DNA of 64,000 bases from Chiloscyllium plagiosum (lineage: Eukaryota): positions 17,286,179 to 17,350,178 of the forward strand of contig NC_057720.1 of NCBI RefSeq assembly GCF_004010195.1, read 5' to 3'. The position numbers and the translations under genes were made by a program. The notes below the pieces were generated by a model. It was given only the letters and a program-made list of their open reading frames with translations. It was not told the DNA's origin and made no database searches. Shown in pieces: positions 37,298 through 50,208 of this stretch (the stretch's first letter is position 1; each line of letters opens with the position of its first letter).

Positions 37298-37760
37298 GAT
37301 GGCAAAGCGAACAAAACAAAGACATTGTAAGGTGACAAAATCACTGCAACAGGTAGGAGACCCTATCGTTCCACCGGGATCATTGTCACTCATGGTACTC
37401 CATGAAATATCAGATTCCGGAGATGTCATTCTTTTTTGTAGTGATCTTTATGGGTGGTCCCAGGGCCGTTGGCCCTATGGACGCTTTTTTGACTTAAGTA
37501 AAATTAAGGAATGGCAAGAAATTATTCAGAAAGGAGGTGGGGATCCCACTTCGGACAAATTTTAAATGATGCATTGTTTCACTAAATGGTTAGAGGTTGC
37601 TAAGTGTGATCAACCTCCCAACTCTAACCCAAAGAAAGATGCTGGTGCACAGAAGGAGGCAGCCTCCAGTGCCTCAATGGGGCTGTATCCCTAGCTTGAA
37701 TCTCAGGAGGATACAGTTACAGAGAACATTCCCCTGGCCTCTTCAACCTCCACATTACCA
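37298..37760 (+). pseudogene. gag: ERV gag remnant (matrix region)
   Basis: WSQGRWPYGRFFDLSKIKEW resembles the class I MA WP..GSF(D/N)L motif, followed by a proline-rich stretch. No CA, NC or PR recognisable. Confidence 0.6.
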
Positions 37761-38719
37761 GGGGAGGAAAAATGAGTGGCAGTTTATTCAGGATTTGTGT
37801 GCCATAAATCAGATTGTTATCCCCATGACACCAGTCGTTCCTGATATCAATGTCATCTTTTCCTTGCTACACCCAATTTCAGCTTGTTACACTGTCATAG
37901 ACTTCTGCTCAGCATTTGTTTTTCCATTCCACTGCATGAAGATAGCCAAGATCTCTTTGCCTTCACCTATGGGAGCCAACAATTCATCTGGACTCATCTT
38001 CCTCAGGGCTATACTGAAAGCCGGCAGTGTATTCTGCAGCAATGCAAAGGGATCTGTCTCAGCTGTCTCTCTGCCTTGTGGCAGCACTGAATTGCAATAT
38101 GCTGATGACCTCCACGTCACCTCATCACCACCTTGACTGTCAGTTAGCCTCTTGTGGATACAGTGTTTCTGCTACCAAGCTAAATTATATCAGACCTCAG
38201 TTAAGAGTCACCCTCGTTCTATTGATCGGAACCCTGAGTGGCTGCGAGTGTTTGAGGAACTTTGTACTACTCTGACACAGACCCCAGCCTTGGGCTTATC
38301 CAATTATTGTAAGCCTTTCATCCTCTGTTAACGAATGAGAGGGTTTCGCCAGCGGAGTCCTTGTCCAAAACCATGGCAGTCTGAAGCACCCAGTGGCCTA
38401 TTACTCCTCTAGTTACCTCTGGTGGTTTGTGGCTTGCCAGCCTGCCTCTGTGCTGTTGCTACCACCGCTACCATGCTGGAAAAGGCAAAACCCATTGTTC
38501 TGGATCGCCATTGAACTGTTATGGCCCCTCATGTTGTTTTGCTCCTTCTCAATTCAGCTGCTACTCAGCATTTCACAGTAGCCCAGAGGACTGGATTTGT
38601 GGTTATGCTGTTATCCAAGCTGAATCTATCATTCCGCCAAGACCCTTTAGCGAATCCTGCTACTCTCTTTCCTACTTCATCTGGCTTGGAATCCTACCAC
38701 CAGGTGGTCGACTCTGACT

Positions 38720-41582
38720 TAGAGTCATAGAGATGTACAGCACAGAAACAGACCCTTCGGTCTAACTCGTCCATGCCAACCAGATATCCCAACCCAATCT
38801 AGTCCCACCTGCTAGCATCCGGCCCATATCCCTCCAAACCCTCCCAATTCATATACCCATCCAGATGCCTTTTAAATGTTGCAATTGTAGTAGCCTCCAC
38901 CACTTCCTCTGGCAGCTCATTCCATACACATACCACCCTCTGAGTGAAAATGTTGTCTCTTAGGTCCCTTTTATATGTTTCCCCCCTCACCATAAACCTA
39001 TATCCTCTAGTTCTGGACTCCTTGACCCCAGGGAAAAGACTTTGTCTATTTATCCTATCCATACCCCTCATGATTTTATAAACCCTCAGCCTCCAACGCT
39101 CCAGAGAAAACAGCTCTAGTCTACTCAACCTCTCCCTATAGCTCAAATCCTCCAACCCTGGCAACATTCTTTTAAATCTTTTCTGAACTCTTCCAAATTT
39201 CACAACATCTTTCCAATAGGATGGAGACCAGAATTGCATGCAATATTCCAACAGTGGTCTAACCAATGCCCTGTACAGCTGCAACATGACCTCCCAACTC
39301 CTGTACTCAATCCTCTAACCAATGAAGGAAAGCATACCAAATGCTGCCTTCACTATCCTATCTACCTGTGACTCCACTTTCAAAGAGCTATGAACCTGCA
39401 CTCCAAGGTCTCTTTGTTCAGCAACGTGTTTCCCAAAATGCAGCACCTCACATTTATCTAAATTAAACTCCATCTGCCACTTCTCAGCTCATTGGCCTAT
39501 CTGATCAAGATCCCGTTATAATCTGAGGTAACCTTCTTTGTTGTCCACTACACCTCCAATTTTGGTGTCATCAGTAAAATTACTAACTGCACCTCTTATG
39601 TTCCCATCCAAATCATTTATATAAATGATGAAAGGTAGCGGACCCAGCACCGATCCTTGTGGCGCTTCACTGGTCAAGGCCTCCAGTCTGAAGAGCAACC
39701 CTCCACCACCACTCTCTGTCTTCTATCTTTGAGCCAGTTCTGTATCCAAATGGTGAGTTGTACTTGTATTCCATGAGATCTAACCTTGCTCACCAGTCTC
39801 CCATGGGGAACCTTGTCAAATGCCTTACTGAAGTCCATATAGATCACATCTACCGCTCTGCCCTCATCAATCCTCTTTGTTACTTCTTCAAAAAACTCAA
39901 TGATTTCCCACACACAAAGCCATGTTGACTATGCCTAATCAGTCCTTGCCTTTCCAAGGATTCCCTCCAACAAATTGCCCACCACTGACCTCACTGGTCT
40001 ATAGTTCCCTGGCTTGTCCTTACCACCTTTCTTAAACAGTGACACTACATTAGCCAAACTCCAGTTTTCTGACACCTCACCTGTGACTATCGATGATACA
40101 AATATCTCAGTAGGAGGCCCCGTCATCACTTCTGTAGCTTCCCACAGAGTTCTAGGGTACACCTGATCAGGTCCTGCGGATTTATCCACTTTTATGCGTT
40201 TCAAGACATCTAGCACTTCCTCCTCTGTAATATGGGCATTTTTCAAGATGTCATCATCTATTTCCCTACATTCAATATCTTCCATGTCCTTTTTCACAGT
40301 AAATACTGATGCAAAATACTTGTTTAGTATCTGCCCCATCTTCTGCGGGTCCACACAAAGGCTGCCTTGCTGATCTTTGAAGGGTCCGATACTCTCCTTA
40401 GTCACCCTTTTGTCCTTAATGTATTTGTAAAAATCTTTTGAATTCTCCTTAACTCTATTTGCCAAAGCTATCTCATGTCCCCTTTTTTCCCTCCTGATTT
40501 CCCTCTTAAGTATACTCCTTCTGCCTTTATACTCTAAGGATTCACTCGATCTATGCTGTCTATACCAGACATATGCTTCCTTCGTTTTCTTAACCAAACC
40601 CTCAATTTCTTCAGTCTTCCAGCATTCCCTATACCTACTAGCCATTCCTTCCACCCTAACAGGAATATACTGCCTCTGGACTCTGGTTATCTTATTTCTG
40701 AAAGCTTCCCATTTTCCAGCCGTCCCTTTACCTGTGAACATCTGTGCACTATCAGCTTTTGAAAGTTCTTGCCTAATACTGTCAAAATTGGCCTTTCTCT
40801 AATTTAGAACTTCAACTTTTAGATCTGGACTATCCTTTTTCCATCACTATTTTAAAACTAATAGAATTATGGTCGCTGGCCCCAAAGTGCTCCTCTACTG
40901 ACACCTCAGTCACCTGCCCTGCTTTATTTGGGGAGAAAGTGAGGTCTGCAGATGCTGAAGATCAGAGCTGAAAATGTGTTGCTGGAAAAGTGCAGCAGGT
41001 CAGGCAGCATCCAGGGAACGGGATGCTGCCTGACCTGCTGCCCTTTTCCAGCAACACATGCCCTGCATTATTTCCCAAGAGTAGGTCGAGTTTTGCACCT
41101 TCTCTAGTAGGTACATCCGCATACTGAATCATAAAAGGTTCTTGTACACACTTAACAAATTCCTCTCCATCTAAACTCTTAACACTATGGCAGTCTCAGT
41201 CTATGTTTGGAAAGTTAAAATCCCCTACCATAACCACCCTATTATTCTTGCAGATAGCTGAGATCTCCTTACAAGTTTGTTTCTCAATTTCCCTCTGACT
41301 ATTAGGGGGTCTATAATACAATCCCAATAAGGTGATCATCCCTTCCTTATTTCTCAGTTCTACCCAAATAACATCCCTGGATGTATTTCTGGGAATATCC
41401 TCCCTAATTTTAGCAGTAATGCTATCCCCTATCAAAAATGCACTCCCCCTCCTCTCTTGCCTCCCTTTCTGTCCTTCCTGTAGCATTTGTATCCTGGAAC
41501 ATTAAGGTGGCAGTCCTGTCCATCCCTGAGCCATATTTCTGTAATTGCTATGATATCTCAGTCCCATGTTCCCAACCATGCC
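38720..41582 (-). mobile_element. CR1 (HER1-type) LINE, most of ORF2 + 3' UTR, inserted antisense in ERV pol
   Basis: APE endonuclease (LGLYYRPPNS, VMVGDFNFPNID), 268-aa ORF 39935-40741, RT motifs, ctatgactct tail. Confidence 0.95.
40930..41058. mobile_element. Fold-back Penelope-terminus mini-insertion inside CR1
   Basis: Inverted arms lacking the hammerhead part. TSD tgccctgcWttattt at 40915-40929 and 41059-41073. Confidence 0.82.
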
Positions 41583-42630
41583 CTCTCCTCACCCTGATTT
41601 AACCTCCATGTATCTTAACAATCCTGACCTTGTCCTGTTCACTGATGGCTCATCCATGCATCCCTCCGATGATCGTTCCCTTGCCGGTTACGCGATTATT
41701 ACTCCCTTTGAAATGATAAAGTACACTCTCCAGTCCGGGACTTCAGCCCACATTCTTTGCCCTTACTCATGCATGAATCCTTGCCATGGGAAAATCTGTT
41801 AACATTTATACTGATTCCTGTTATGTCTTTTGGGTGGACCATGACTCAGGTATACTCTGGAAAAACCATGGGTTTATTACCTCATCTGGTAAACCTATTC
41901 AACACGTGACTCTTATCAACAACCTATGTCGTGGCTGTCCAATATGAAGCTCATACCACCTCTAAGAATGAGGTGACCCGCGGCAACGCTGCCGTCCATG
42001 AGGCTGCTTGGATGCACTCAGTCATGGTCCCCTCCACTGTCGACCTTACAGCAGCTCTCCAGGCACCTGCAGAGGTGGAGCATGATTTCTGGGATTATGC
42101 TGGATGCTCCCCTGATGCTTCTGGTCTTTAGTGGCATCCTGATGGTAGGGTGATCTGTCTGCATACTCTCCTCCATGCCTTTGCCCAGCTGGTGCATGGG
42201 CATGTAGAGAAAGGAGGAATGTGACATCAAATTGCCCAAACATATTTTGCTTGCAGCATATCTACCATTTTAAAACAAATAGCTGAAACATGCGTTATTT
42301 GCCAAGAGTACAATAGAGGAAGAACACCTGCACATTTTGATCATCTACCTATCCTTGAAGGGCCATTTGGGAAATTGCAGATTGATTTTGTCCATATGAC
42401 TCCTTCAGGACGGTTTCAATACATGCTGGTCATAATAGACTTGTTCTCTAGATGGAGAGACGCATTTCCCACCAGAAGGGATGATGCCCAATTAGTAGTA
42501 AAATGTCTTATAAAAGATATAATCCCTCGATTTGGAATTCCAGGACAAATGAATAGTGACAGAGGTACCCACTTTACTGTAAAATAATAACAGCACTGTA
42601 TGCAGTACTGAGATCTTTGTAGAAGGTTAA

Positions 42631-43400
42631 GGGCAGCACGGTGGCTCAGTGGTTAGCACTGCTGCCTCACAGTGCCAGGGACGCAGATTCGATTCCTGCC
42701 TCGGGCGACTGTGTGGAGTTTGCACATTCTCCCCGTGTCTGTGTGGGTTTCCCCCGGGTGCTCCAGTTTCCTCCCACAATGCAAAGATGTGCAGGTCAGG
42801 TGAATTGGCTATGCTAAATTGCCGAAAATGTGTTGCTGGAAAAGCGCAGCAGGTCAGGCAGCATCCAAGGAACAGGAGAATCGATGTTTCGGGCATAAGC
42901 CCTTTTTCAGGAATGAGGAAAGTTTGTCCAGCAGGCTAAGATAAAAGGTAGGGAGGAGGGATTAGGGGGAGGGGCGTCGAAAATGCGATAGGTGGAAAGA
43001 GGTCAAGGTGAGGGTGATAGGTCAGACTGGGGTGGGGGCGGAGAGGTCAGGAAGAAGATTGCAGGTTAGGAAGGCGGTGCTGAATTCGATGGATTTGACT
43101 GAGACAAGGTGGGGGGAGGGGAAATGAGGAAACTGGTGAAATCCGAGTTCATCCCTTGTGGTTGGAGGGTTCCTAGGCGGAAGATGAGGCGCTTTTCCAG
43201 CAACACATTTTCAGCTCTGATCTCCAGCATCTGCAGACCTCACTTTCTCCATGCTAAGTTGCCCACAATGTTAGATGCATTAGTCAGGGATAAATATAGG
43301 GTAGGGGAATGGGTCTGGATGGGTTATTCTTCAGAGGGTCAGTATGGACTTGTTGGGCTGAAGGGCCTGTTTCCATACTGTAGGAAATCTTATCTAATCT
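42631..43400 (+). mobile_element. HE1-type SINE inserted in the ERV, split by a PLE insertion
   Basis: Head gggcagcacggtggctcagtggttagcac, V-domain, resumes at 43251, tail atcttatctaatct. Confidence 0.9.
42824..43250 (-). mobile_element. Longer Penelope 3' fragment with inverted terminal piece
   Basis: 42824-43190 is the reverse complement of the PLE 3' end (cf. 22950-23320), and 43191-43250 is the terminus in the opposite orientation. TSD atgctaaRttgcc at 42811-42823 and 43251-43263. Confidence 0.85.
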
Positions 43401-43404
43401 CCTA

Positions 43405-44540
43405 TACTGGCACTTATGTAGGATCCAGTCAATGTCCTTTTATTATCCCCTGGATTGAATCTATCCAAAATTTGATGAGCCAAGATCACTTTTGTTTTAA
43501 CTGGACTAGTGTCCTTTATAAGATGTCAGGCTCCCTGTGAAAAGACCTGGCTCCTAATTTGCGGAGGGGCAGAGATTCCAAGTTAACCTCCTACAGCAGT
43601 ACCTATTTTATTTGCAGGGAAAAGGTGAGGACTGCAGATACTGGAGATCAGAGCTGAAAAATGTGTTGCTGGAAAAGCGCAACAGGTCAGGCAGCATCCA
43701 AGGAATTCAGACTTATGCCCGAAACGTCGATTCTCCTGCTTCTTGGATGCTGCCTGACCTGCTGTGCTTTTCCAGCAACACATTTTTCAGCACCTATTTT
43801 ATTTGCAGTCTTCAGGCCTATCCTTGGCTTCCCTCAGATTGGAGAGGGTTCTGTTAAATGGGATATGTAGTACCTTGTATCAGTGTCTTGGATGCATTAC
43901 CTTCACCCCTGAAGCTCAAGAGATACCTCACCAGATTTCTCACCTGGGTTGGGATGTCTTTTCCATCTATTGGAATCTATCTGCATTCCCAAGAATTGAG
44001 TAATTAAAAAAAGTATTGTAAACTGTTGCCAATGATACCACTGAGGCCCTGACTGAGATCAATGCTGAGTTAGTCGCAGTTAGAACAGTGGTCCTCCAGA
44101 ACCACTTGGCCTTGAATTTTCTATTATCCAAAAGAAGGGTGGCACTTATGCCGTTACTAGGTGGGAATGCTGTACCTACATACCAGACAACACTAAAACA
44201 ACTCAGATTTGGTGACTTACAATCACACAAAGTAAAGAAATGCAGCTACCCCTTTTTGATTCTGGATGGTCCTTTGACATTGCCTGGCTGGGTTAGTGCG
44301 TATCCCCTTTAGTGTTTGGGCTCAGCACCTTTACTATTATACTCCTGATACTTTGTATCATATGGAGAACTACAGGCTGTTGTTGTGCACAGTTCATTCC
44401 TACCATATTTTCCACTCCAAAACTGGTGATCATCTACTGGACCGTAACCCATGATGACCCCTACAATGAACAAGCGTGTATGAGTATGTGCCCTTTTCCT
44501 GAAGGATATGTGTCCCCTTTTTTGGATGTACCGGTATCCT
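43405..44540 (+). pseudogene. env: ERV env remnant (SU C-terminus and gamma-type TM)
   Basis: TYFIC..QAYPWLPSDWRGFC*MGYVVP, furin-like KLKR, fusion peptide, ISD LQNHLALNFLL, (C>Y)X6CC in YAVTRWECC-TYIPDN, hydrophobic anchor FTIILLILCII. Confidence 0.88.
43618..43791. mobile_element. Fold-back Penelope-terminus mini-insertion inside env
   Basis: Perfect 17-bp TSD acctattttatttgcag at 43601-43617 and 43792-43808. Confidence 0.85.
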
Positions 44541-44580
44541 AAACTTAGGTGTTGATCTGGAAGATCAACAAGGAGGGAAT

Positions 44581-45006
44581 TGTGGTAGTAGTAAGAACTT
44601 GGCATACTGCTGCATGATAGGATACTTGGCCAAGGTAAAAGGTATCTTGACTCTTAGTCTCTCACTTTAGTGGGAAAATACTTTAGGGAGATAAATACTG
44701 AGGTGATATAATAATAATTTGACGAAATATAGGGAGTATGTCATTGGCTTGTTAGTGGGGTTGCTTCTTGAGCTCATTTCTTTCATTGAACAACAAGGTG
44801 ATAGCTGCACTGTGCTTATCCTTATCTTGAATTACTGTAAAGTGCAGAATGTAAGCAAAGTTGTTTGTATCATTGTATAAGTATAGGCAGACTGTTCAGC
44901 TCAAGAGAGTGCTGTGGGATGGTGTGGTAGCCTCTCTGTGAATTCACAAAAAGTAAAGCTTCTCGAAACAAGACTTGAAGTCTCAGACTAAGTAATTTCC
45001 TCAACA
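44581..45006 (+). repeat. ERV 3' LTR (~426 bp), preceded by a polypurine tract
   Basis: PPT aaggagggaa at 44570-44579. TG...CA termini (tgtgg...caaca). Homologous to the 5' LTR. Confidence 0.9.
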
Positions 45007-45371
45007 CTGATCTAACCTGATTTCAAGGAACTGCCTTCGATGATGCTTTCAAGGGGACAGGTCTGCACTGCTTATCAAAACAATGCACAGATCTGAGCAG
45101 CTTGTTAAAAGAGGACACAAGTCTGGGGTGCTTTAAAAATAGTGCACAGAGCAGGACTGCTTCTCCATATTGAGAACAAACTTGCCTGCTCTCTCATGTA
45201 TGTGCTCTAGCAGTTGATTCATGATCTCAGAGTTTCTGCAGGTGTTTATAATTTATTTAAGAATCAGATTATTTTCCATTAGCAGTCACATTGTAATAGT
45301 GGGATCTCTTATGTCTAACATGCTCTTATTCTGCAACCGATACTCCTGGAGCTTGATACATTCCTGGATGA

Positions 45372-45544
45372 AGGAGGAGAAAGTGAGGACTGCAGATGCT
45401 GAAGATCTGAGTCGAAGAGTGTGGTGCTGGAAAAGCACAGCTGCTCAGGCAGCATCTGAGGAGGAGGACAGTCTATGTTTCAGACATAACCCCTTCATTA
45501 GTGTTGCCCTGACCAGCTGTGCTTTTCCAGTACCACACTCTTTG
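45372..45544. mobile_element. Fold-back Penelope-terminus mini-insertion (older), within an L2/CR1-group fragment (~45230-45920)
   Basis: Inverted arms. TSD acattcctggatga / acaatccgggatga at 45358-45371 and 45545-45558. Confidence 0.72.
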
Positions 45545-47539
45545 ACAATCCGGGATGATCCACATTCATAAATATTCATCTTCTCCATTACGACAGTAGC
45601 AGCAGTATATGCAAGAGGCACTTAGAAATTCATGAACTTCCAAACCTGTGACCAGTACCATCTAGAAGAACAACAGTAGAGATACATGGGAACATCACCT
45701 ACAGGTTGCTCTCTAAGCCACTAATCATTTGAAATGGAAATATGTCACCATCCCTTCACTGTGACTGGTTCAAAATCCTGGAACTCTCTCCCTCACAGGA
45801 ATTGTAGGTGGACCTTCATCAAAAGGACTGCAGTTCAAGCAGGCAGGTCACCACCACCTTATCAAAGGCAAATAGAAATGAGTAAGAAATGCAGTTACAT
45901 CTAGTGCACATCCTGTGCATAAATAAAAAATAACATAATTGTATCTTTGATTAGATGCTCTTTCAGGTGCCTAAATTCACCTGATTCTGCGAGCTGTGTT
46001 AATGCAGTCACAGATCAGTAAATAGTGTTGCTTTTCATCCTGAGCTCCAATATTGAACATATACTACATTCATTTTAAGTTCAAAATGCATCTTTAGGTA
46101 TTTAAAATTTCTGAAGTTTGTTTTTCTGTTCTTCAGAGACATTGAGGTGGAATACAACTTCTACAAATCTCTCCTAATCAGTGTTAATCCCTCATCTTCT
46201 GCCCTATCACCAAATAATGTCACAGTCTGTAGCAGAATCCAATCCCTTTAGCTATTTCTCACTATCATATTGAATGAATCAAATTGGATGAAGTCTGGCA
46301 TCAGTGATACTGAGGACCACAACAGGAGGCTGAGATGAAACATGCATTCAGTACTTCTAACTGAAGATGGCTGCAAATGCTTCAGCCTGATGTTTTGTGC
46401 TGATGTGTTGGGTTCTCCCATCATTGATGATTGGGATATTTGTGCATGCTTCTCCTCTAATGCATTGTTTCATTGTCCAACACCATTCCTTACTGAATAT
46501 GGTAGATCATACATCTGACTATTGGTTTGTAATCTGTTAGCTCTGTTTTTCACACGCTGTTTTTACTGTTTTGGAACACAAGTTGTTCTGTGTTGTATCT
46601 TCACCGGGTTGACATCTCATTTTTAGGTATGCCTGGTGCAATTCCTGGCATGTCCTCCTGCATTCTTTATTACAACAGGGTTGATTCCTCCAATTTGACG
46701 GCAATGATAATAACGGCACCATTGTTTAGATGATATCAAGTTAGTGGAGTAGAAATACTGTCAATCGTCAAGTATAGAGCTAACAAAAGCATTTATGAGA
46801 GGTTCAGTAGTAGATCAGTTGTGAAGGGCTGAATTGGGTTATATTATAGTGGCGGAAAAGGCAGGTCTTAATGGTGGGTTGGCAAGCTCATCTTGATGCT
46901 GTGAAAGTTTTCTTCAGCCTCAGATAATTCCCTGGAAGAAGGATAGTCAGTAATTAGGAAACAAAATTTGTACCATGGCCTCAGGAAATGGCTTCAATCT
47001 TCCCAGTGGTTAGTTGGAGGAATGTCTTGGGGTATTCAGTGCTGCATGCCAAATAATTAGCCTGATAATTTAACAAAGTGGAGCAGTCAAGAGAAGTGAT
47101 AATAGAAGTGAAACAGAACTGCATGTCGACAGCATACGTGAAAACTAATGCTTTATTTTCAGTAGCTACCATTGAGGGACAGCATATAGATGAGAAAACA
47201 GAATTACCAAGGAGAAATCATTGCAAGAGGGGGCCACAGAGAACCATGTTTGATTTGATTTGATTTGATTTATTATTGTCACAAGTACTGACATACAAAG
47301 AAAAGTGTTGTTCTGCATGGTCTACAGACAGAACGTACCATATAAAGTGCATCAGGTAACAAAACAGTGCAGAATACAATGTTACAATCACAGCGAAGAT
47401 GCAGAGAGAGAGCAGAAAGAGAAGCTAAACAAAGTGGTAATCCAGATTTTGATATCAAAGATACCAAAATGATCTCTGATGGGGAAGAATTTAATCTGGC
47501 CAGTGCAATTCAGCCCAACTATGTCAACATCAATAAACC

Positions 47540-50200
47540 ATTCAACAAGGAACAGAAGTAGCTCAGTCAGCTCATTGAGTCTGCTCTACCACTCAATGAG
47601 ATCATGGCTTATCTGATAATCCTCAACTTCACTTTCCTAGGAGAAAGTGAGGACTGCAGATGCTGGAGATCAGAGCTGAAAAATGTCTTGCTGGAAAAGT
47701 GCAGCATGTCAGGCAGCATCCAAGGAGCAGGAGAATCGACGAATCTTGAAGAAGGGCTTATGCCCGAAACGTCGATACTCCTGCTCCTTGGATGCTGCCT
47801 GACCTGCTGCGCTTTTCCAGCAACACATTTTTCAACTTCACGTTCCTGCCCACCTTTGCTGTTGATCCTTTATTCCTTTATTGATTAAAAATCTGCCTAT
47901 CTCAGCTTTGAATACACTTAACAACACCGCTCAATATCTCTCAATGGTAAGGATTTCCACAGAGACACTACACTTTGAGAGAAGACATTCCTCTTCATTT
48001 TTATTTGAAATGGGTGACCTGTTACTCAGAGATTATGCCCTCTGGGCCAAGGCTCTCCTATAAGGGGAAACAAGTTCTCCACATTCACCTTGTCAAGACC
48101 TATTACAATTTTATATGTTTCAACAGGATCGCCATTAATTCTTCTAAACCTCACAGAGCACAGTCCCAACCTTTTTAATCTCTCCTCATAAGTAAGGAGG
48201 TACTTGGAATCAACCTAGTGATCTGGATTATCTCCAATACCAGTATATATTTCCTTAGATAAGGAGACCAAAACTGTTCACAGTATTTCATATGTGTGCT
48301 CTGACTTGTGGCTTGTGTAGCTTAAACAAGACTACCTTATTTTTATACTCCAAATAAAGGCCAACATTCCATTTGGTTTCTCTATTAGCCACTAAACTTG
48401 GATGTCAGCTTTTGTGATTCATGCACAAGGACTTCCCAAATCCCTCTTGATGCAGTCTTTCTTCAGTTCAGTAATATTTTGCTTCCAGTCATGCTTCCTG
48501 CCAAATGCATAACCTCACACTTTCCTACAATATATTCTATCTGCCAATTTGTGGCACTCCACTAGTTACAGATCGCCTTTCCTGAACATACCCACTTTAG
48601 GGTAGTACACTGGAAATCAAGACCCACTATTCCTGAGTCATCACAAAAGTTAAATTGTTTAAAGAAGTATGCAAAATTCCTCAACTTACCTACAGATCAT
48701 GTTTCTGTACTTAACTAGAATTACTGTTTATTATAAGTAATTAGACTGGCTACAAATTAACAGTTATAAAATAAATATCTAATACCCTTATAAGTTTTCA
48801 TTTAGAAACACACACACACATACGCAGAAAAACATAGCAAAAGATAGGTTATGGGCAAAGGAAGGTTGGAAAGCAGTTTAGTCGTTTCTATTCTTGAGTT
48901 TTTCAGTTAAGTCTTATGATTCTTATACTGTGAACATTGTTATTCAGTCACTGTTCTCCAAATGATTCCACTGGTTTTCCCAAAACACTTATAAAAGGCT
49001 GGTTCACTTATAAAAGGTCTCGGACTTATCAATTAAAAGTCACAGCTTACAACAACAGCAAAAAGAAAGATGAATTAGTTTTCTTCAGGTTTAAAATGGG
49101 TTTTGACTGCAGAGAAGAAAGCGAGAGAGCTGCTGTACTGGCAGAGATCAAAATACTCCTTTCTATTTTTGCCCCCAGTCTCAAGCAGTTCAGTTACCCA
49201 AGAATGGTATTCTCATTAATCAAATTTTTTTTGCAGGCACAAATGTTTTTGTCATCAATAACTGGTCATTAGTTCATAGACAAATCAACTTCTTATTGCC
49301 ACCCAGTTGTATCTGTATATAGAACTTCTTGGCTCCAATTCATCTACACACACTTCATTTGCTGCTCATTCAAACAGCTGTTCACACAATGCTTGACTTT
49401 AATATCAGGTTACTTTGTAAACATGTAGCATTCTTCTAAAACACTGAACAATGGTTCTTTCACATTTTAGTCACAATTTTAATAAGCATAAAAAAGACAC
49501 ACACTTTACAATCCAATTCTCTGTCTTCTGTTAGATAGACCACCCCCAACACAATGTGTTCTTTCTTATTAAGTAGCTTTATTATCAAACATCTTTTGGA
49601 AATCCAAATATATTACATCTATTGGTTCTCCTTTATTTATTGTGATTGTTATCTCCTCAAAGAATATCATAAATTCACCAGGCATGATTTCCTCTTCATG
49701 AAGCCATCCTGACTCCACGTGATTACGCATTGCTAAATGCTTGGCTATTACATCCTCTATAATAGATTCTACCATTTTCCCAACAACAGATGAGAAGCTA
49801 ACGGGCCTATATTTATTTGTTTTTTTTCTGTCTCCCCTTTTTGAATAAGGGTGTAACATTGGCAACTTTCCAATTCTCTGGGATTTTCTAGAATCGAAGG
49901 TGTCTTGGAAGATTATGCTAATTGCATCGACAATCTCTGTAACTTTAATATGCTAGGATGCAACTCATGAGGTCAAGGGGACTTACCGGCTTTTAGCACA
50001 TTAGTTTCCTAGTACTTTTTTTCTAGTGATAGTCATTGCATTTATTTCCTCCTCACTTTTTGCCTCTTGATTTAGTATTTTTGGAATGCTATTAATGTAA
50101 TCAACTATGATACAAAATATAAATTCAACTCCTCCGTCATTTCCTCAGCTTCTTTTTCTAAGGGTCGATGTTTACTTTGGTATCTCTCTTCCTTTAAATC
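47540..50200 (-). mobile_element. Old CR1 fragments (47540-48550 and 49570-50200) separated by ~1 kb of unassigned sequence
   Basis: KYRPVSFSSVVGKMVESII...IDVIYLDFQKMFD; 3' UTR-like sequence near 47550. Confidence 0.7.
47639..47831. mobile_element. Fold-back Penelope-terminus mini-insertion
   Basis: Inverted arms containing tgaagaagggcttatgcccgaaacgtc. TSD tcaacttcacKttcct at 47623-47638 and 47832-47847. Confidence 0.85.
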
Positions 50201-50208
50201 TAGAATAT

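Larger units (their letters stand above)
37762..42620 (+). pseudogene. pol: ERV pol remnant (RT, tether, RNase H, integrase), split by CR1 at 38720-41582
   Basis: EWQFIQDLCAIN, YTVIDFCSAF/FSIPLHEDSQDLFAFTY, WTHLPQGYTES, LQYADDL, PVAYYS, LVLFTDGSS, QIDFVHM..LVIIDLFSRW..IIPRFGIP..SDRGTHFT. Confidence 0.93.
36497..45006 (+). mobile_element. Class I (gamma/epsilon-like) endogenous retrovirus, defective provirus
   Basis: LTR-PBS-gag-pol(RT, RH, IN)-env-PPT-LTR order is all visible. Interrupted by a CR1, an HE1 SINE and PLE mini-insertions. Confidence 0.92.

Noticed and set aside
44088..44542. env as a domesticated syncytin-like gene
   Set aside because: Multiple stops and frameshifts, an insertion, and loss of the first CX6CC cysteine.
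272..47888. Recurrent short ORFs sharing CWKSTAGQAAS / PETSILLLLGCCLTCCAF peptides, suggesting a small protein family
   Set aside because: They are translations of the non-coding PLE terminus in both orientations, with no consistent start, stop or frame.
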